DNA of 64,000 nucleotides from Nageia nagi (taxonomy: Eukaryota > Plantae > Pinophyta). The translations under genes were made by a program, and so were the position numbers. The notes beneath the pieces are model-generated. The model was not told the origin of the DNA. It searched no databases and was given only the letters and a program-made list of their open reading frames with translations. This document shows, one piece after another, positions 12,066 through 24,180 of the stretch (positions within the stretch are counted from its first letter, which is position 1; every line of letters begins with the position of its first letter). The stretch covers positions 122,264,001 to 122,328,000 of the forward strand of contig JBITNC010000001.1 in assembly GCA_050084985.1 (NCBI GenBank). Direction: 5' to 3'.

Positions 12066-13362
12066 TAGAAACAAAAACCTTAACATATAAATCCCAATTT
12101 TAAAACTAAGTTATGAAAGCAATTGGTAAAATGCTTAAGGTACATATTATATCATTAGTGGATAATATCGATTAGATCAATCCCATGGTGGTTCAATATA
12201 AGAAAATTTATGATATTAAGATTTGTATTGATTTTATATAACTAAACAAAGCTTGAGAATATGATCATTTCTCGACAACTTTCATTAAGGATATACTAGA
12301 AAATGTTGTTAGTTAGGAAATGTATTTACTAATGAATTTCTAGGATATCATGAAATTAAAATAGAAGAAGAAGACCATCCAAAGATAACATATACCATTG
12401 AGTGAAAATCATATATTCATAATATCATATCATTTGAATTGAAGAATATTTTAGCTATATTCTCCCAAATCATGGTACATGCTTTCAAATATGCCATTCA
12501 CAACTTTATGGAAGTATATCTTGATGATTGGACTATTTTCAGAATACTAACAAATCATATTCAAGTGTTGAGGTTATTGTTCAATAGATGTCACCAACTA
12601 TAGAAATATGGGTTCATCACTTTGTATGGCATACTTCTAGGATATATTATTTGCAAAGAAGACCTAGTGGTGGATCCAAAAAAAGTAACAATATTGTTGA
12701 ACATCCCACCACCTAGAATTGTTAAAGAGATAAAACATTTATAGGATCAATAGGATACTATAGGAAGTTCATCAAGAACTACGTAACACTTACAACCCAT
12801 ATGATGACTTGATAAAGAAAAAATATCAATTTTACTAGTTATCAAAGTATTAAGAAAACTTTGAGGTATTGAAACTTAAACTTTTCAAAGAACCAATACT
12901 CATATTCTTATACTAGATAAAACAAAATTCATGTGTATATGGATAGTAGTGGTATAGAAATTAGATTTGTACGCATGCATCTTAGTAATGGCAATATAGA
13001 CCACCCTATGTACTTTACTAATAACTAGTGGTTCTAACAATCTAATTTTGGTTTCATATTTTTAGTAAATTCTTCTTTTTGAGAGGACCTAGATGATCCC
13101 CCTTGATTGTTATATGTTTTATTTCTCCTTTTTCTAGAGTTTTTATCTCCTATTTGTATCTCTTTATTTAACTTCTTCTACATTATTTTTAGCATTAGGA
13201 TATACATATTAAGGGCCTTGTTGGTTACTTTTTCATTATTGTAGACTCTAGTCCCATTGATCACTTTTGGTCACCCATGGAAATTAATATATTTTCTTTC
13301 TTTCTTTCCTTCAAAATAATATCCTAATTGCATTTAATAAGACATATATTTTACTTTCATTT

Positions 13363-13686
13363 AGTGTGGTTCATTTTGTTAAAAAAAAAGAATTATGTTC
13401 TCCTATGTTGAATTTGCTACGTACAAAAAGTGATTTGTAAGTTCAAATCCTACAATCTATTGCCATGGTAATCTTATTTTTAGCTTAGAGATTTTAAGAT
13501 CTGAATATATTTATAATGTCAAAATAAATTAATCTTATAAATCTCATGAATGTACATGGCATTTAAAGCATTCTAATTTTCGTTGGGTATAAGAAAACCC
13601 TCTGAGATAGATTTTTGTACTTCAATATTAAGTTTAAGTTTTTTGTAAAATAAGAATGGAGATTTTTGTTAAATCCTCCTCTCTTA
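13363..13686 (+). repeat. Diverged copy of the sequence at 63689-64000
   Basis: Shared collinear blocks tgttctccta..ttgaatttgctacgta, aaaataaat.aatcttataaatctcatgaat, ttttgtactt and ttttttgtaa.ataagaatggagatt...tcctcctctctt. Confidence 0.85.
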
Positions 13687-14469
13687 ACATTAGAGATATA
13701 TAAATAATAATATCTACTATGATAGTTCTAAGAGGAAGAACTAAATTCTAAAAATTTAAGGACATGACTAGGACTGTATTCCTTAAATTCCCAAATAAAA
13801 CTTTTGTAGACTAATTACATGTTCATAACTAAGTTTCTAGGAAGCTTAATTGTGCTAATGTATTTGTGCAAAGAAACAAAAGCCTTGTTTATACCTTGTA
13901 TTATCAAATTTCTTGGAAAAAATGTATAGACTATGTGAGTCACACATGTGAATTATGCAGGGAATCCATCAACAACTTAAATTATGAATATCAATACCAT
14001 TAAAACATAGGAAAAAGAGAGTGTCTTGGATGGTCAATTGACAACTTAAACTATGAATATCAAGACCATCAAAATAGAGAAATAGAAGGAACCTTGGGTG
14101 TTCATTACAACATTATCATATGATACTTTTACAAGTGGTTAGTATGATATTGCATGTCATGTTATTAAAAGCAAAATTATAAGATTTGAGAACAAAGTAC
14201 ACCATATAAAGAGCTTTATGATATGTATTTATGACCTTAAGAGAGAAAATAGAGTCAACCATGAATGGGAAAAATATAAAACTTAACAAAATTTTCTAGC
14301 AAGAATAATTGTTGGCCTCCATGATAAAATATCATAATAAAAACCATATAGACTAAAATAATTATTTATATTACAAAAGAACTGTAAGATTTGATTAAAA
14401 AAAGTTCAATCTATAAAGAGCTACATGAACTATTCTTCTAACCATAAGAGTAAATAGAGCTACATGAAC

Positions 14470-15015
14470 TCTAGCTTTGTGTTTGATCATTTAATGGGCT
14501 CTCTTACATCTCATGAAAGGATCAATGAGACTTGAAATTGATGAGAAGGAATTTGCATCAAAAGTAAGAGTTTCTAAAGGTAGTGGAGCAAGCACTAGTG
14601 GAGAAGCAAATCACACGACCAAATAAGAGGTTAAAATCAAACTTTATTTAGTGGAAGAAGTTATAGAGCACATGGAGCTACTACTAGTTGTAGAGGCAAA
14701 GGTAGAGGTGATATAAGAAATATACAATACTATCATCATTACAATAGGTATGCACACATTGAAATAGATTGTATAGTTAAAGTTATTATTGAAGAAAAGA
14801 AGGAACATTATGCTAATGAGAATGAGGTTAACATAAGCAACCTTTTCTTAACTTACAATATGGTTAAGAAGAATTACATCTAGAATCTTGATTTATGATT
14901 CAAGATGCTTGAGTCATATAATTGATGAAGGTGTGATGGAGGTCTCTACAAGAGAAGGTAAAAAGCATATTAATGAAATTTATTATACAACAAATTTAAA
15001 ATATAATTTGCTAAG
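14470..15015 (+). mobile_element. Ty1/copia fragment: gag C-terminus and end of protease
   Basis: FDHLMGSLTSHER (gag), GKGRGDIRNIQ..YNRYAHIEIDC (degenerate knuckle) and EGVMEVSTREGKKHINEIYYTTNLKYNLL (copia protease C-terminus). Confidence 0.75.
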
Positions 15016-16985
15016 ATAACACACACATTTAACCAAAATTAAGACCTTTTTTTTAAATGATACACCTATAAATAAGTTTTGAAATGGACAAGAGCATTCC
15101 ACATTGAGCTTTAATGTCTCTAGCTAGTTCGATACTCAAGTGGGCAAGACTAATCAACCTCAGGTAGCTCAACCTTACATCGCTAATTATTGGACTTCAC
15201 TCTACTAATAACACCATCTATTAAGAAAGATGTCTAATTGTGATCCATCCATTACCAACTACCTCAGCTATACTAAGGTCATCTTGATTGTATCATTATT
15301 TTATTTTATTTTATCTTAGAGCCCATATCACCCAAGATAGCACATTTCCAAATATTATGCATACTTAGCCATGAACAAATATCCACATCCATGATGTGGG
15401 TATAACACTTACCCATGGAACAATAATCATTTCTCTTTATTTCATTATATATAAACATAACTGATATCATGTATCATCTCCAGATATAGATGGAAATTTT
15501 TTAACTATTACCCCTTTTCATCACCCCAATCTATCAACTAGTCCCACAATTTTCCCTTGATACCCTCCTTGCTTATATCGCTCGAGGAGCATCAAGATGC
15601 CTTATGGTAGCATTACCTGCTAACCAATCTTGGGTATTTTGGTTTATCTAAAAAAATTATTAAAATGAAATAATATTGTTGAACAATAATGAGTTGAACA
15701 CAATGCTCTACAATTATTTACCTAACCAACTATGATGAGATAATATGAAAGGACATATTTTTGATTATGCCAATAAAATTTTGACTTTGAATTCTTTAAT
15801 TAATTTGTTCATTGAACTATAAATCATCCCACATTGTTATAAGTACATTCAAATCTAGATTACCATAATAAGGACTAATCATATATTACAATAAGTTTTA
15901 TCTTTTTATCATCATTTATAATGAATCACATCAATAGAGTCATTCATCAAAGACACCATAATTTTATAAAGGTGAGAACCTCTTGATCATTTCATTTCTT
16001 CAAAATGCATTAAGTTACATAGTAGTGCATTTCTACTTCTTCAATTTATTGGAATGCAATAAACTATAAACATTATACAATATTTACATTGCTCTTTAAA
16101 AAATTCCTTTATTCACTTCATGCAAGAAGATTTCTTTTGTCTCTAAAGATATCACAAGGTTTGTTGACTTCTAGTACTTGAAGGGTTATGGATTCAATAG
16201 ATCAAGACAATTCTATTCATTGAGGAAACTATATATTTATGCATAAATTATATACTAATGTTATGTACCACAAAAGTGTAGGTTTCTATAAATATAATTA
16301 GTATAAAACAATATACATTAAATGAAGGACATATGTATTTATAATAAAAGTACTTAACCTACATCATGAAGAATGTTTGATAATCAACAATTAAGTATAA
16401 ATGCTTTTGAATCATTTGACTTACTAGGTCAATAATAGATGATTGCTACAATGTCATCTCAATTATCATATGTCTTGAAACCAAAAAAGCAAATAATACA
16501 AAAACACTTTGAAATAAAATCAAGCAATAAAAAGGAATATAATGATACAATCTCTTTTCAAGATAATATATATTTTCTTAAGAATACTTATCTTCCCTTT
16601 TCTTCTAAAACAAATTGATTTACTAAAACGAAACAACAAAGACTATATTACAAAAAAGAAATATATGGATTGTTATTGTGTTTAGCTTTGTTATATATAT
16701 AACTTTTTGAACAAATTTTTCGTAGTCTAAAATAGATATATGTTATAATTATTAATCCTCATGAGTTGTGCATAATATTATATAAAACATATGTCAAAGT
16801 TATATGTAAGGATATAATTGATCAATAAATTTCTTGGATAAACTTTTCTTACAACAAATTAAAAAAACCTTTATGATTAATAAGACATGATTATTAACAT
16901 TTTGATATTTCATTATTAAGTAAAATAATGCATATATATTAATTTGATATATTTCTTACAAAATGTTAAACAATATTTTAAATAC

Positions 16986-17005
16986 TATATATATATATAT
17001 AATAT

Positions 17006-17048
<43 letters not shown>

Positions 17049-17052
17049 TATA
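16986..17052. repeat. Interrupted (TA)n microsatellite
   Basis: Direct reading. Confidence 0.95.
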
Positions 17053-17189
17053 CATTAATTTCCTTACAACTAATGTGCAATCTATTACAGAATATATTTT
17101 TTCTTAATAATGATTTAAATTCTACAAAACAAATCAATAAAACTTATTAAATAATAAAGGCAATGAGAGCTTGGAAAGAAGCTTGCGGT

Positions 17190-17455
17190 CACACTTTCAT
17201 GGACAACATTGATTGGAGGCAAGCAACTCATGGATTACATCAAGAATTCTCTTAAAACTCTTATATTTGATGAAGCGATTGGAAACCAACCTTGACATCA
17301 TGAAGTTTGCATGAATTCTACTCGCATGCTGCCATGTAGGACTAGTGGGTGAGAGCTATGATTCGTTTCACTAACTTACTAAAAGAATTGACTCTAATTG
17401 CATTACTCCTGATATGAATCACTGTGCATGCATTGTTAATCTACTTTTAAATGTT
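17190..17455 (+). pseudogene. PLS-PPR fragment (P2-L2-S2 region)
   Basis: SWTTLIGG..THG..LYLMKRLETNLDIMKFA*ILLACCHVGLVGESYDSF..SNCITPDMNHCACIVNLL; homologous to the 3001-3345 fragment. Confidence 0.8.
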
Positions 17456-18625
17456 AATATGGAAGTAGTGAACAGACGCTCTTCAAATAAGAGACAGATC
17501 ACAGACACAAACACAAGCGATTTCAGGTGGATTTGAACCGATTTGTAAGTGCGATGAAGGCAACAATTATATTCTAATTACCATGATTATTTTGCATGAT
17601 GTAGAGGTCGATGTTGCCAAAAGGTTATATGTTTGTTTTCTTGTAGGAGATAGAACACACCTTCAGATATGAGATAATATGTGTGAAGAAGGCAGCGCGG
17701 TATACACCAAATACAAAGCCTGTTTTACACAATCAGGGGGTTGACAATTGCAACATGGCGAAAGTTTGATAATTGCATTTGAAAGGAAATTTAATAGACT
17801 CAACTAATATAGCGAACAATTAAATAAGCAATTGAAGTAAAATAATTCAAAATCCTAAAGACATGGATTACCTTTTCAGACATTGATATTGTTTCACAAC
17901 GAAGAGCAGGCGTAGTCTAATTGTATTAATTCACTTTGCCAGCGTTCTCAAAACATGTACCAAGCTGAGAGTCACGTAACAGGAATTATGCACACATCGA
18001 AGACTCTTTACAATTGAATACAACTACATTGTGGATTCCCTGAATGACATGCACTCTTTACAATCGAATACAACTACATTGTAGAGGAAACGCTAAGTAA
18101 ACTAACAGGGTGCAGCGAAAGCTCTAAGTAAGCAGTGGTTTTTACCCTGATTTTCTTGTGACGAAGCTCTGATAAACATCTATAGTACGTTGAGGAACAT
18201 ACAAAAGATCCATGTACTGCTGACAAATTGAAAAGAATAAACTATTTCAAATATTGCAATTTACGTAACATCTATTTATTAGGAGGTTCTATAGCAATGA
18301 AATGAAATAGAATGTTGGTTGAGTTGATCATTTATTAACATTGTTGCATCTTGTATTTTATGTTCCATTCCCTAAATGTTAATATACTTTATCTTTCCTT
18401 AAAATAATAATAACAAGTGATTTGCATGATGAAAGAAAGAAATATGCATAAATATACATACAATAATTGAACTGCAATGAAAGCAATAGATGGACAAGAA
18501 AGAAAGAATCAACCTGAAAAATCTCAACATGGAATCTTCTTCTCCATGTGGTGTAGTCTCTTGGAATCTCCTTTTAGCCAATACTTTCGAATGAAACCAT
18601 TCCCCGTCCCTTCCTCTTCTTCATT
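17190..18625 (-). ncRNA. Candidate spliced long non-coding transcript in a CpG-retaining island
   Basis: Minus-strand signals: TATA-like CTATTTAA (18640-18647); donor CAG|GTTGAT (18513); acceptor ttattcttttcaatttgtcAG (18220); donor AAG|GTAATC (17871); acceptor aaaacAG (17720); donor AAG|GTGTGT (17660); acceptor tctcttatttgaAG (17481). Only very short ORFs. Prediction from motifs only. Confidence 0.35.
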
Positions 18626-19117
18626 GATTTTTAACACAATTAAATAGATGGAAAAAAGTTTCCACTAAGGAAAGGCTTGGTTTTACTATTCCTAGGTCTA
18701 GTTTTCGTCATCCACCATGACCCAAAAAGCATGGTTTACAAAAGAGTAATAATTAACTAAATAACAATAATTTTAAATATGTATTATAATTTTTCTTATC
18801 TTTATCTTATAATAGATATTTTTTCAATAATAAATAATAATAATTTTAATGTTAAATTTATATTAATTATTAAAATATTAAATCATCAAAATTATATGTT
18901 TATTTAATCAATATCATGATTTTATCAAATTTAGTCATATAAACAAATATACGATTTTCCTTAATTTTGTGTAAATAATGTTGATAGTGAACCTATACAT
19001 ACATATTAAAGGTTTGATATCAATCAAACAAACATGAAATATATGATATGACTATATGATTCGTGTTGTCCATGTGGGCTATTAATGATGTTATCAATCA
19101 TCATATCAATCTCTCAA

Positions 19118-22100
19118 TTAGATCACATGGTACGGTGGTACAATGGTATGCTAATACACAAATACGAATACCCAATATGTGGTATGTTGGGTGTTGAAAA
19201 TTCGGTATGTTGGTATATATATATATATATATATATTCTAAAATACTATATTAACTTGCAATTTGCAAACAATAAGATGATATCAGATACACTCATACAC
19301 ATAAATTAAAATAACATTTTAGAAGGAAAACCATGTCTAGAGTCTATATTAACTCCCAATGCCCTTACATGATAAGTATAACATGATGCAATATCCAAAA
19401 TAAGCCTTTATAGATGAGGCTTTACAAGTAAAATAATAAGAAAATAGTTTGTTTAACTATCTCAAAACATGAACAAAATGTAATGCCAAACATGACTAAT
19501 GAACAAAATCAAATATTGTCTCTAGTCTACTCTCTAGTAGGAAAATAGTTTGTATCAAAACCATCAAGGTTAAAGGCATCAGTCTCCTCTCCCTCATGGT
19601 TATCACTACCATGCTCTCCTACCATCTTTGACTCTAGGTAGTCATCCATAGCTACTACAACTGTAGCTGATGATCCAATAGTATCCTCATCAAATGTCTC
19701 TAGCTCTAGAGATGGTGCATCAATATCTAGATTGGTTAATGGCAACTCAAGAGTTGTCCAATGCCATATCATCTGTTAGCACATCCCATAATTTGGTACA
19801 AACCCTTTGATACTCTTGCCTCTTCTTGTATAAAAGATGAAGATTGGTGTGGACATACACCAAGTATGTTTCCCTCTTCTGATCAAGTTTGCTATGCTCA
19901 ACACTATGCATCTTGGAGTATATACTCCAATTCCTCTCATAGCAAGAGGATGAGGTCACCTATGATAGAAGTCGTAGGGCTAACTATTACAAAGGTGGAC
20001 AAGCTGATCCATGTAATGCCCAAAGTGTATGGAGATTCTTCAAACCCCTATCTCTGATGATATCATAACAACCACACTTGCTTGTACTTATAAAGAACTC
20101 AACAAATGCCTCCTTAATCATATCCAATGTACCTTGATCAGGAAACAATCACTTTAGAGCAATATTCCAACCATTTGAAACCTCCTTATCCATGTGTGGA
20201 GGGAAGTGATGACTAGGACTAAAAGTAGAATTAAACCATTCATCACTATAGTATTTGGGACTCAATGAGTGTGCTAAATAATGAAGTGGTGTACAATTTT
20301 TCTCCCATCTATTAAAAAGGGTGCTGCTAATAGCTAAATAGATCTCATCAACGAAAGCATTAGCAATATTATCGAAAACTAAAACATGCTCATAAATTAG
20401 ATGTTTTACTTTTGTAATGAGACTATCCCATGCCTCATAATACTCAACAATAATAATAGCATTTGAATCAATAAAATGAAGTAAATATATGATTAGCTCA
20501 ACAATGAGCACGGTGAAGTCTATCCTCTCTCACCATGTGTCATCAACCACAAGCTGCTTGATCTCCTTGGATGTGCTTATTTCAATATTTCTCTAGAAAG
20601 TCCACATATCATCAATAACCATCACCTCTAATGCTTTCCTCACTTCCTTTATCCTCTTTAACATGTTAAAAGAGGAAGCAAAATGAGTGTCTACCACTCT
20701 AAGAAGGGAAAGGTGGATATGTTTTCTATAGATGGTGAGTGCATATGTATGATTTTGTACAAAATTCCTTATCAACTTTGCATCCTCAATTATTTTAGAT
20801 ATCAAAGGCAAGTCAAATGCAATTAATTTTAGTGCAAGGTTTAGACTATGCACTATGCATAGTGTCCAAAATACACTAAGATACTTAGTCTCTAAAATCA
20901 TCCATGTGGCCTTACAAATAGGTACATTATTAGTAATTAGTTGCACAATGTTATCAACTCCCACTTACTTGCCAATGTTGATAAATAACTCACCTACATA
21001 CGACATAACTAAATAGTCATACAATAATTGAAAAGATGGAATATGGAAAAGAAACTATAAATAAGTAATTTATAATTTAAATTAAGTATAATGAATAGTC
21101 TAGATTTTGTTCAATGAATCAAAAATACCTAAGTATGCATGGTCTTTGTATTTTCCTATTGCATTCACACATTTGATGAAAATTAGACTATTGGGAGATG
21201 GCACAATGAAATTAATAAATGGATGGCTAATTGGATTAGTCCACCCATATGATACTATGCTCACTCCTAATTGTGGCCAAGTTACCTTAATGGTTTCCAA
21301 TTCTTCTTCTACCCTCCTCTTAACTTTATTCAAAATGGTGGTCCTCAATGTCTCATAGTTGGGATGAACATAACTGGAAGGTGCATGCTGAACTAACCCC
21401 TTCACCATTTCTAATAAAAGGGGGAACATGTAGTATTGAAAGAAAGGTAATTACCATAGTGATACATACCAACAAGGAGGTCAATTTCCTCCTTCAACTC
21501 CCTCTAAAACATCTTATACATGCTATATCCAATAACTATTCTTTTTCAACTAGATGTGATATTGGTGTGTTTCTAGTTCAGATTCATATCTTAAGACTTG
21601 ACCAATAGGTCAACCATTGGTGTCTTATGAGTAGCCACTACTTATTGTCCCTTCTTATCTTCATTTTACAATCCAAACAATTGGTTGGCTAAGATAATAG
21701 GACAAGCAACAATCCCATGTCTATATATTTTCAATAGATGAAATCTCACCCCTGAATAACTACCACTATATTTCTTTTTACAAAAATTGCAAACCATGTG
21801 GCATTGGAATGGGCATGTGTCTTTTGTGTTTCAACTATCACATACCTCTACAATGGGCTTTTATTCACTTGTTTTGCTTCAACTTGTTGATTTTGAATAG
21901 TTGATTCATGAGTAGAAGCTCTTCTTGTTGGTGTTTTACCTTTTCCCCTTTACTTGGAAGAAGCCTCTTGAGAGGATCTATCCATGTGAATTTTCTTCCT
22001 TTTCCCCTTTGCTCAAATGGGCAATACTCAATGCTGGAATACTAAAATTGTTAAAACTTGAGAGTTAAGTGTAAGTAAGTGAGTGTTTTAGTGTTAGAAA

Positions 22101-22322
22101 TGAGAGAGGGTAGCTTGAAATAAGCAATATATATATTTTATTTTATTTTATTAAGCAATTTTTGAAGGCCCCCGCCTAGTACGTGCATGATATTCATACT
22201 AGACATGGTAGGTGTATCGATACATGACTATGCATACCTGATACTTGTACCACACCTGGAACATGCACCCCATACATATGTTACATGGTATGGGTGGGTC
22301 CCACATATACCCTGTATGCTAG
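19118..22322 (-). mobile_element. Complete (decayed) hAT DNA transposon with 8-bp TSD TCTCTCAA
   Basis: TSD TCTCTCAA at 19110-19117 and 22323-22330. Imperfect TIRs (TTAGATCACATGGTA vs CTAGCATACAGGGTA). GGTAC/GTATG-rich subterminal repeats. Short (TA)n at 19214-19236. Confidence 0.9.
19527..21990 (-). pseudogene. hAT transposase (BED finger, DUF659, C-terminal dimerisation domain), disrupted
   Basis: VCNFCKKKYSGSYSGVRFHL (BED); GVSIVSYGWTN..FINFIV; VQLITNN..FWTLCIVHSLNL; NRWEKNCTPLHYLAHSLSPKYY; SSSCYERNWSIY..LVYVHTNL. GT-AG intron 20994-21128 restores AYLG/ELFI. Confidence 0.9.
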
Positions 22323-22495
22323 TCTCTCAACCTTTATTGGTCCACTATGTCCTAAGAAAGCAAAACTCAACAACATCAATTCTAATAAAGTACCATCATA
22401 AAAATGCATCATAAATAAATGTTCATAATACCACTTCATAGCTATATTACACTCATATAATGCTTATCAAAATACAAATTAGGGAGGGCATCACA

Positions 22496-23095
22496 ATTAT
22501 CTATGATAAAAGCCATGGCAATAGAATTGCTATCATGGCTATTAGCTCTAGAAAATGTTTACTATAAAGTTTACAGGAGAAAGGGGTATTTAGTCAAATA
22601 TAACTTATGAGGATAAATCATAAGATTCGGTTATGAAGTGTTAGATATGGTCACCTAAGTTTTATAAGTTTGAGATCTTTGACTTCCTAAGACCTTGTAC
22701 ATGATTGCATAAGATGGATTTTCATAAGGAGGTGCATGAAGGTTGTGTATTAGGAAAATATGCGAGAGATAAATTTCCTAAAGAAAAATCTTAGAGGACC
22801 TCATATCCACTTTAGATTATGCATTATGATATATGTGGACCTATACATAATAAGAACTTGGGTAAGGATTCTTTTTTTATTAAATTTCTTGATAATTTTT
22901 TAAAAATTTATTGATTTTATTTTTTGAAGCATAAACATGAAGCATTTTATATTTTTAAGCGTTTCAAACACCTTGATGATAATTAAGCTAGGTATAGGGT
23001 TAAATGTTTAAGAACTAACCATGACAGAGAGTTATACTCAAATGAATGTCTACAATTTTGTAAGAATCATGGCATTAGAAAGAAACTTACAATTT
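22496..23095 (+). mobile_element. Ty1/copia fragment: GAG-pre-integrase and integrase N-half
   Basis: IIYDK..RYGHLSF..VHEGCVLGKYARDKFPK..IMHYDICGP..FIKFLDNF..LRTNHDRELYSNE..FCKNHGIRKKLT. Confidence 0.85.
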
Positions 23096-23207
23096 TTTAA
23101 GGATCGTGGCATTAAATTATGGAATTTTTTTAATAAGAAAATTGTTAATAATCCATTGGGTTTTTACATTTTTTAAATTTTTATTTGATGTTTCCATATG
23201 CAAGGTA

Positions 23208-24178
23208 ATGGAAGAAGGCCCACCATTAGGAAATAAAAACTCAATTTGGAAGCATCGAATGAATGGGGAGGAAAAAGGAGAATTACTTTCCAAATTTTAT
23301 GAGAAAAAAATGAATGGAGGAACATTTTGAATCAAAAATCATCTAGCAAGGAAAAAGGGGAAAATGTAAGACCCCACAACTATGTGCCTATTGATGTTGA
23401 ATGAGATTTGGAACTTTATAGACTTAATGCAAGACTTATAGACTCTTATTCAACAATAGTATGAGGTTTGAAACTTTATAGGTGATGCAATATTATGTCA
23501 AATGGATAGACAAATAATTCAAATAGAACATTGTTTAATTTTCTAATTGCTACATCAGATGGAGTTGTGTTTTTGAAATCCATATATGCAACTGCTAATG
23601 TTAAGAGTGGCATTCTTCTTGCACAGTTGTTGGTTGATGTAGTGGAGGAGGTAGGAGTTGAAAATGTTATCTAAATAATCATGAAAAACACTTCAACATA
23701 TATATTAGTAGGGAAGACATTGGAGGATATAATTTCCACTTTCATTTGAGCCCCATGTGCATCACAATGCCTAGACTTGCTGCTAGATGATGTTTGGAGA
23801 TTGTCTTAGCTTATGCAGATATCTTGATTATATATTATAATTCAATATTTATGTAATAATAATAACTTCTATTTTATTTATAGGGGGTATTGCAAAAAAA
23901 TATTCATTGATGATGTGTGGTGTACATATGATAAAGTTAGGTATAGAAACACCCTTGAGTGGAGGAGTGGAGGATAGTTTATGATGTCCAATTTGAACAC
24001 CTCTTTTGCTCTTACATGGAGGAGACAATCAAGGTACAACTATAAGTTATGTTTGAAAACATAAATATATTTTTAGAGTTTAAAAAAAAATCACTAATAA
24101 TATTTTTTTATATGTAATAGAGCATTTGATAAAGTCTTTTTTATTGTTGATGGAGAAAAATCACCAATGGATTATGCT
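23208..24178 (+). pseudogene. Truncated hAT transposase (BED, DUF659)
   Basis: IWKH..KKMNGGTF*IKNHL (BED); IMSNG*T..RTLFNFLI..GVVFLKSI..VVEEVGVENVI..APCASQCLDLLL. Cut at FIVDGEKSPMDY by the LTR starting at 24181. Confidence 0.8.
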
Positions 24179-24180
24179 TT

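Larger units (their letters stand above)
6480..13025 (+). mobile_element. Decayed Ty3/gypsy retrotransposon internal region (gag-PR-RT-RH), 3' truncated
   Basis: Degenerate zinc knuckle CFNYGDTIHQHFECP (7484-7528). Protease IIIDLVANINII..MNDGSSIKPKGIIKD (8133-8380). RT with NPMVVQYKK..ICIDF and EVYLDDWTIF (12511-12540). RNase H start HVYMDSS..GNIDHPMYF (12930-13020). Many stops; interrupted by two insertions. The 5' boundary is approximate. Confidence 0.85.

Noticed and set aside
15015-16900. Helitron or other carrier for the CpG island
   Set aside because: I could not identify a TC start, a 3' hairpin-CTRR end, TIRs or coding remnants; the region remains unclassified.
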